Origin: Nitrospinales bacterium
GTDB taxonomy: Bacteria; Nitrospinota; Nitrospinia; Nitrospinales; VA-1
Direction: 5' to 3'
Assembly (NCBI GenBank): GCA_965223345.1
Contig: CBDCWG010000012.1
Span: 1,376,001 to 1,440,000 of the forward strand
DNA: 64,000 bases
Below are positions 58,268 to 64,000 of the stretch, piece by piece (the first letter of the stretch is position 1; every line of letters starts with the position of its first letter). The position numbers and the translations under genes are program-made. The notes under the pieces are model-generated. The model was given only the letters and a program-made list of their open reading frames with translations, made no database searches and had not been told where the DNA came from.

Positions 58268-58470
58268 CACCCTTATCTAGTGTGGCCAGAGAACGGTACC
58301 ACTACATATAGTGGCCTGTCAAGCGATAAAAATTATAGCCAGAGCGAATTTATTGCTTGCTCAATAAAATCAATGATTTGCCCGGCTGATTTTTTTCCGG
58401 ACATCCGATTTTTTCACCCCCGAATACTACATAATGTGTCCTGGGACTTCGCATAATCTACATATTGTGG
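58268..58470. promoter_or_regulatory. Two tandem pairs of NrdR-like boxes overlapping a leftward promoter
   Basis: Cores at 58271, 58302, 58427 and 58458 (31 bp apart within each pair); TTGACA at 58322-58317 and TACCGT at 58298-58293. Confidence 0.75.
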
Positions 58471-58629
58471 GTCCCTGATTCCTGCGAGCGGTGCCCCGGC
58501 CGGAAATATCGGAGCGGGGGCTTACAATTCAAAGACCTGCACGATGAGGATCGGGGGAGAACCGCATTTGCAGGGCGGGGTGCCGGGAAGCCCCACTTAA
58601 CCCTATGAAATTAAAGGAAAAATTTTTTC

Positions 58630-58638
58630 TGTGGATAA
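58630..58638 (-). promoter_or_regulatory. DnaA box
   Basis: Perfect TTATCCACA on the minus strand, single copy. Confidence 0.4.
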
Positions 58639-58847
58639 AATTGTGAGTTTCGTCCTTTCACCCCGTGTTCCCGGGGTTCCACCTTGGCCCCTCTGAAGCG
58701 GATTATCCGTTCCGAAACGGATTCTGCGGCCTTCTGAGCTGCATTTGCATGCAAACGCGTGACCGGGGTCACATCCGCGACCGGTTGTCCTGCGATTTTT
58801 CCGCCCGCGCATGATCCGGGTGCAAGATTTCACAACCGCGCCGCCGT

Positions 58848-59213
58848 TCACGGAAACAGATAACGGATGCTCTGCGTGTCGATGCGGCTGTAATGCCCTT
58901 CGGGCTGGCAGCGCGCGAGAAAAAAACAGTCTTCCGTCCCCAGGTCGCACAGATATTCCACCGCAAGTTGTTTGCTCCGGCACTGCGGGCAGCCGCTGCC
59001 CGCGAGATGCGCTTTCACCTTGTCCAGCAGGTCTTCGCGGGCTTTGAAGTCCTGAGTGACGACGAATTTGTGATGGCAGTGCCCGCACACCGCATGGGTG
59101 TCGCAGGCAGACCGCGGCAGCTCGCAGCTCAGCTTGACCTCAAAGCGTGTGTTGAGACAGACCGGACAGGGGATGTTTTGGACGAGTGCTTCCACCACTT
59201 CCAGCGGGTTCAT
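58848..59213 (-). CDS. Small Cys-rich, probable metal-binding protein
   Basis: CPVC, CGHC, CPQC plus further Cys; RBS AAAGGAG. Confidence 0.75.
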   Translation of the reverse strand: MNPLEVVEALVQNIPCPVCLNTRFEVKLSCELPRSACDTHAVCGHCHHKFVVTQDFKAREDLLDKVKAHLAGSGCPQCRSKQLAVEYLCDLGTEDCFFLARCQPEGHYSRIDTQSIRYLFP

Positions 59214-59422
59214 GATCCACGCTCCTTTCCGCCCCCCCCCCCTCCTGGATTTTGTCAGCAGTTTGATACAGGGTCGCGGCAGCGCGGGTTTCCTTTCGTC
59301 CTTGCGGGCGGCTGGAACACAGAGATCTTCTCAAGCGGTTGATTTTTAAGATTGACTTGTGCGAGGCGGGGGGAGCCGTGCGCCCGGATCGGATGGGATC
59401 GATGAGGGAGAAAAAAACGGGG

Positions 59423-61180
59423 TCAGCTTTTGAATTTTGCCAGGTCTTTGGGAATTTCATCGAGGAAGCGGTCGCGGATGGTGAACAGCCCCGATTTTCC
59501 CTTTACACGCGCGTAGTTGCGTTTTTCATCGTCCTGAGTGGCGTTGCCGACGCTCACGCGTCCTAAAAGATTTTCATTTCCTTTCCAGATTGATACCGTG
59601 ACGCGGGGTTTGTCGAGGCCGGACTCGCTGTCGCTCACGCGCGGCTCGACGATCGATTGGTATTCCAGGTTGGTCAGCGTCCAGACGATGTCCTTGCCCA
59701 AAAAGTCGGGCACCGAATCGATTTTTTCCGGCTTGGCGAGCGCCCATCCCTTGCCCTTGGTCTCCAGTTCGAAGGTGCGGTCGGGGTAGGCGATGACGAT
59801 GCGGTCGATGTCCTCTTTTTTGAATTCGAGGAGTTTTTTGTAGCGCAGATCGTGCAGGGAGCGGAACAGTTTTTCCACCGTGTCCGCCGACACCGAGAAC
59901 ACCGTGCCGTCCTCGGAGCGGGTGGCGAAAAAGTTTTCCCGGTTGATCGAGGGATTCCCGACCTTCATCGTCCAGGTGTTGCCCGATTTTTCGTGAACGG
60001 TGAAGGTTTTGGATGGAAAATCCAGCCCGAACAGGGCGGGGCTTTTGTCCACGGTTTTGATGAATTCCTTGATGCGCGCTTCCTGCAAATCGATCAGCAC
60101 GGTTTTGACGGCGGTGGGATCGACGCGCAGGGTCTGGGGCTGCGTGATCTTCCAGTCTGCGCCGTTGCGGGCCAGGCGGATCGTTTCTTCGCCGTTTTTG
60201 ATCACCAGCGCGCTGACGTTTTCCTCTTTGAACTCGAGCAGCGAGCGGTCCATGAACTCGACGAACTGCTTGGACAGGATTTTGTGCATCTGATTGCCCA
60301 ACAGGACCACATTGGCGGCGCTTGCGACCTTGCCGTAATACCCGGAGGTGTCGCGTTTCTCGCCGGCCAGCAGCGTGAGCGGCCTGGAATGGCCTTTTCT
60401 GTGCAGTTCCAGTTCGATGGCCGGAGACCTGAGCCCATACTTGGAGAGCGATTTCGCATTCTCTTCCACGAATTCCTTGATCCGGGACGTCGCCAGCGTG
60501 TGCAGGTAGTTGTCGATCTCGATTTTGTCCCCACGGGCTTTTAATTTCATGTGGTGCACGGTCCAGTCCTTGCCGCTTCGGACCAACGTAAAATCGTTGG
60601 CTTCGTTTTTCAGGCGGATTTTTTCGACCTCTGCGGTGTCGAACTGCAAAAGCGATTTGTCCCTGAGCTCGAAGACCGTTTTGGCCAGTTCTTCCCTCGA
60701 TGCGCCGGACAGCAGCACGCGTTTTTCACCGCCGCGTTTGACGTACATTTTCTGGTTGAGCGGATTGACGTCGCCCACGTCCAGAGACAGCTCCTTGTTT
60801 TTTTTCAGTTTGAGCCGGATCTGCAATGACGGTTCGGAAAGCCCGTAGACCGACAGGTCCTCAGGCGCCTCTTCCACCACACGGGAAAAGCGGATGTCGT
60901 TCAAATGCTTCAGGTAGGCTTCGGCGGCCGCATCGTCCCCCTGCGCCTTGAGCGGTTGCACCAGATCCCAGGCGTCTTTGTCCTTGCGCTTGAGCTTCAG
61001 GGTCTGCGCGCTGGAGGTGAGCGCAAATTCGGTGACGTCCTCCGCCTCGAAAGGCAGGACTTTTTCCGAGCGTTCTGCTTCTTTTTTTCTTTTTTCTTCG
61101 GAGGGCAGTTCGATGCCGTAGTAGTAGGCGATGATCGCCACCAGGGCCACCATCAGCCACACCGTTCCCTTGAACTTCAT
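59423..61180 (-). CDS. DUF4340 repeat protein (Gld-type ABC accessory)
   Basis: N-terminal anchor and three repeats with (Y/F/S)GL..P motifs; ATGA-coupled to the GldG-like gene. Confidence 0.8.
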   Translation of the reverse strand: MKFKGTVWLMVALVAIIAYYYGIELPSEEKRKKEAERSEKVLPFEAEDVTEFALTSSAQTLKLKRKDKDAWDLVQPLKAQGDDAAAEAYLKHLNDIRFSRVVEEAPEDLSVYGLSEPSLQIRLKLKKNKELSLDVGDVNPLNQKMYVKRGGEKRVLLSGASREELAKTVFELRDKSLLQFDTAEVEKIRLKNEANDFTLVRSGKDWTVHHMKLKARGDKIEIDNYLHTLATSRIKEFVEENAKSLSKYGLRSPAIELELHRKGHSRPLTLLAGEKRDTSGYYGKVASAANVVLLGNQMHKILSKQFVEFMDRSLLEFKEENVSALVIKNGEETIRLARNGADWKITQPQTLRVDPTAVKTVLIDLQEARIKEFIKTVDKSPALFGLDFPSKTFTVHEKSGNTWTMKVGNPSINRENFFATRSEDGTVFSVSADTVEKLFRSLHDLRYKKLLEFKKEDIDRIVIAYPDRTFELETKGKGWALAKPEKIDSVPDFLGKDIVWTLTNLEYQSIVEPRVSDSESGLDKPRVTVSIWKGNENLLGRVSVGNATQDDEKRNYARVKGKSGLFTIRDRFLDEIPKDLAKFKS

Positions 61181-62748
61181 AGACGCCGCCTCCTCCACCA
61201 GTTGCGGATGCCGGCGAACACCACCATGCCGGGGAAAACCACCATGCCGAGAAAAAACAGGGCGCTGCCGGTGGCGCGCGTCAGTTGCAGCGGGCTGTCC
61301 TTGCGTTCTTTGGGACGGATGGCGATCAGGTTTTCCTCCTCAGCCAGCCACGAGGCGGCGTTGAGGAAGAAATCGCCGTTGCCCGCGACGCGGAAAAACG
61401 AATTGTTGGCGAAATCCGAATCGCCGATCACCAGAAACCGGCTCTGCGGTCCGGACGGGGGCGGGCCCGCTTCGGCGTCATCCACGGGCGGGTGGCCGGC
61501 GGGGGGCTCGGGTTTTTCCTTATCGCCTTTGGAGGCGAGAACGGCGATGGGAACGGGGCCCATGCGGTCCACACCGGCGTCGAATTTGACCTTTTTCGAC
61601 TCGAAATCGGTTTCCGCCCAGCTGTTGGGGCCGCTTTGCATCAGTTCGGTGGTTTCGATGCCTTCCTGCTTGTTGGCGGTCACCGAGCGCAGCACCGGGT
61701 AGACAGTTTCCAGCTTGAAGTCCTTGGTGATGGCGTGCAGGGTGTACTGACTGACCACCGGGGTGGCGTAATCGCCGCCGAACAGTTTCGACAGCGGGTC
61801 GATGATGATGTCGTCCTGCAGCCCGATGCCCCATTTTTCCAGCAGCCCGCTCAGGCCGAAATCGGATTTGGGGTCCGCCAGCAGCAGCACCGCGCCGCCT
61901 TTGTCCAGGTAGTCGGCGATGTGTTTTTCCTCATCTTCCAGGATGGGCTTGTCCGGTCCGGAGATAATGAGGACGGAAGCGTCGTCGGGAATGGCGCCGC
62001 TCTGCAGCAGCAGCAGCGGTTTCACCTCGAACCCGTCTTTCATCAGGGCTTCCTTGGCGGCGGAGTAGCCCAGTTTTTCCGGATCGTCGATGTCGTTTTC
62101 CCCGTGCCCCTTGAGGAAATAGATGGTTTTCTTCTCGTCGCGGATCACCTTCAGAAATGCGTTGGTCAGGTTTTCCTCGGTCGGGCTCTGCACCTTGGTT
62201 TCCTGCTTGCCGCTCTCGAACGCCACGGTGTCGTAGGTGGTGATGCCGTATTGCTTGGTGATGGCCGGGTTGCGGTCGGGATCGACGAAGTTGAGCTTGA
62301 TCTTGTCGGAAAGGTTGAGGTAGCCGTCGATCAGGTTCTGAAACTGCGCCCTGGAAGGCGAGTCGCTGCGGAAAAACGCGGTGAGCGTCACTTCCCGGGG
62401 CAGGTTGCCGATGATCTTTTTCGTCTGCGGCGCCAGCGTGAACACGCCGGAAGACGTGAAGTCGAAGCGGTGCTTGTGCCGGTAGGACAGCAGGTTGACG
62501 AAGATGAGGATCCCCAGAACCACCGCGATCAGCACGAAAGCGTTCATGCCGTACAGGGCGGTGCGGGTTTTGAGGCTGCGCTTCAGGTTCTGCCAGTCGG
62601 TGAGCAGGAAAAACACGGCGTTCAACAGTCCCACCGCGCCGAGCGAGGCGATCAGCACGGTCTGTCCCGGCAGCACCACGTAGACGAACAGGGCCGCGAA
62701 ACCGAACAGGATCGCGAGCCAGCCGAAAATGGGAATCCACGATTTCAT
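61177..62748 (-). CDS. GldG-family ABC transporter auxiliary component
   Basis: RFDFT..FTLA.QT, FVDPD, YFLKGHGE, IGDSDF..N..FFLNA..WL; C-terminal TM. Confidence 0.88.
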   Translation of the reverse strand: MKSWIPIFGWLAILFGFAALFVYVVLPGQTVLIASLGAVGLLNAVFFLLTDWQNLKRSLKTRTALYGMNAFVLIAVVLGILIFVNLLSYRHKHRFDFTSSGVFTLAPQTKKIIGNLPREVTLTAFFRSDSPSRAQFQNLIDGYLNLSDKIKLNFVDPDRNPAITKQYGITTYDTVAFESGKQETKVQSPTEENLTNAFLKVIRDEKKTIYFLKGHGENDIDDPEKLGYSAAKEALMKDGFEVKPLLLLQSGAIPDDASVLIISGPDKPILEDEEKHIADYLDKGGAVLLLADPKSDFGLSGLLEKWGIGLQDDIIIDPLSKLFGGDYATPVVSQYTLHAITKDFKLETVYPVLRSVTANKQEGIETTELMQSGPNSWAETDFESKKVKFDAGVDRMGPVPIAVLASKGDKEKPEPPAGHPPVDDAEAGPPPSGPQSRFLVIGDSDFANNSFFRVAGNGDFFLNAASWLAEEENLIAIRPKERKDSPLQLTRATGSALFFLGMVVFPGMVVFAGIRNWWRRRRL

Positions 62749-62753
62749 CTAGA

Positions 62754-63521
62754 CTATCTCCATCGTTGCGAATCCAGCACCCGGTGGGTCAGAAACAGGG
62801 TGAACAGCGTGAACGTGAAATAGTACACCAGATCGCTCGTGTCCATCATGCCCTTGAGAAAACGGTCGATGTGATCCACCAGCGAGAGGTATTGCAGCAC
62901 CTCGCCCATCCCCGGCCCGGAAGACTGGGCCGCCCAGCCGATGATCCACATGAACAGAGACAGTCCGAAAGCGATCACCCCGGCGATGATCTGGTTGTCG
63001 GTGAGCGAGGAGGCGAACACGCCCATCCCCACGAAACAGGCCGCCATCAGCAGGATGCCCAGGTAGCCGGTGACGATCGGGCCGATTTCCGGTTCGCCCA
63101 GGATCAGCAGAAACCAGACGCAGTAGGAGGACAACAGCACCATGAACGTCACCACCGCGAAGCAGGCGAGGAATTTGCCGAGCACGATCTCGCGCAGGTG
63201 CACCGGCGAGGAGAGCAGCAGGCTGAAGGTTTTGTTTTTTTTCTCTTCCGCGAAGCTGCGCATGGTGATGATGGGGATGATCAGCAGCAGGATGAACAGC
63301 ATGTTGTGAAACGCCGGCTCGATCACCACTTCGTTGAGGTTCAGCCCCACGTTCATGCCTTGGAAGCGGCTCGCCTGCGCGCTCTGCAGACTGAAAAAAT
63401 TGAGGATGTTGAAAAAAATCCAGCTGTTGATGAGCAGGAACACCGTCGTGACCACGTAAAACACCGGCGATCCGAAGTACGATCCTAAATCCCGCTTGGC
63501 GATGACCCACACGTTGCGCAT
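62754..63521 (-). CDS. GldF-like ABC-2 permease
   Basis: YFGSP, ITMRSFAEEK, IVLGKF, SSLTDNQIIA. Confidence 0.9.
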   Translation of the reverse strand: MRNVWVIAKRDLGSYFGSPVFYVVTTVFLLINSWIFFNILNFFSLQSAQASRFQGMNVGLNLNEVVIEPAFHNMLFILLLIIPIITMRSFAEEKKNKTFSLLLSSPVHLREIVLGKFLACFAVVTFMVLLSSYCVWFLLILGEPEIGPIVTGYLGILLMAACFVGMGVFASSLTDNQIIAGVIAFGLSLFMWIIGWAAQSSGPGMGEVLQYLSLVDHIDRFLKGMMDTSDLVYYFTFTLFTLFLTHRVLDSQRWR

Positions 63522-63533
63522 GGCTTGCTTTTC

Positions 63534-64000
63534 CTATTCCGTCTTGGCCTCGACCTCTTTTTCCTCGAGCGTCAGCTTGAGGAAAATGTCTTCGAGCGTC
63601 ATGGACAAAGGTTTCAGTTCATCGATTCCCCAGCCGTTGTCCAGGGCGAGGCGGGCGACCGCGTCCTGCAGATGGGAATCGGTTTCGCATTCGAGCACGA
63701 ATTGATGCGCGTTCTCCGACTGCACCGCCCGCACCTTCGGCAGGCCCTGCAGGGTTTCCTTGATCCCGGTCGAACCGTTGCGCACTTTCAGCATCAGCCG
63801 CTCGCCCTTGTTCAGGGAGGCGGTCAGCCCATCCAGGGAATCCACCGCGGCGATCTCTCCTTCGTTGATGATGATCACGCGTTTGCAGATCTGCGTGATC
63901 TCCGGAAGGATGTGGGAGCTCAGGATGATGGTGTGCGCGGCGGCGAGTTCCTGGATCAGTTTGCGGATCTCGATGATCTGGATCGGGTCCAGCCCGATGG
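63534..64000 (-). CDS. GldA-like ABC ATP-binding protein (3' part, truncated by the window edge)
   Basis: GLDPIQIIEIRKLI..IILSSHILPE..LEDIFLKLT. Confidence 0.88.
   Translation of the reverse strand, partial: IGLDPIQIIEIRKLIQELAAAHTIILSSHILPEITQICKRVIIINEGEIAAVDSLDGLTASLNKGERLMLKVRNGSTGIKETLQGLPKVRAVQSENAHQFVLECETDSHLQDAVARLALDNGWGIDELKPLSMTLEDIFLKLTLEEKEVEAKTE

Noticed and set aside
58200..58700. Chromosomal origin (oriC)
   Set aside because: Only one perfect DnaA box, and no dnaA, dnaN, gidA or parAB context; the palindromes fit NrdR boxes better.
156..63488. Long antisense or alternate-frame ORFs (e.g. 156-1550, 15332-17089, 23291-24901, 36777-38450, 51596-53371, 61285-62823)
   Set aside because: Shadow ORFs of real genes caused by high GC3; no motifs or RBS.
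59423..64000. Gliding-motility machinery
   Set aside because: GldAFG/DUF4340-type ABC systems are widespread in non-gliding bacteria, and no other gld or spr genes are present.

Overview
Gene-dense chromosomal window of a moderately GC-rich bacterium. The gene content (MoeA, MobB-MobA fusion, Cu-NirK, c-type cytochromes including a diheme c/EB_dh-type protein, many acidic proteins) suggests a marine nitrite oxidiser such as Nitrospina; this is inference. I found no rRNA, tRNA, CRISPR array, transposase, integrase or reverse transcriptase. Main observation: a ~20 kb uncharacterised locus (17.1-36.7 kb) with 8 genes carrying 9 divergent DUF1566/Lcl-like domains, 7 of them without a signal peptide. 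They are interleaved with NHL, TPR, LRR, glutaredoxin-like, SEC-C and parvulin genes and face a divergent cassette of two radical SAM enzymes, a TPR protein and a methyltransferase. Several of these proteins have strongly acidic N-terminal extensions. Other signals: a sigma54 enhancer/IHF/promoter layout at nirK with a motif shared by the adjacent activator gene; two pairs of NrdR-like boxes plus a DnaA box upstream of dut with no ribonucleotide reductase gene nearby; a multi-stem ~205-nt leader upstream of the aminotransferase-serA genes; a beta-barrel gene interrupted by one in-frame TAG; and a possible AUC start codon. All family calls come from motif recognition by eye, not database searches.
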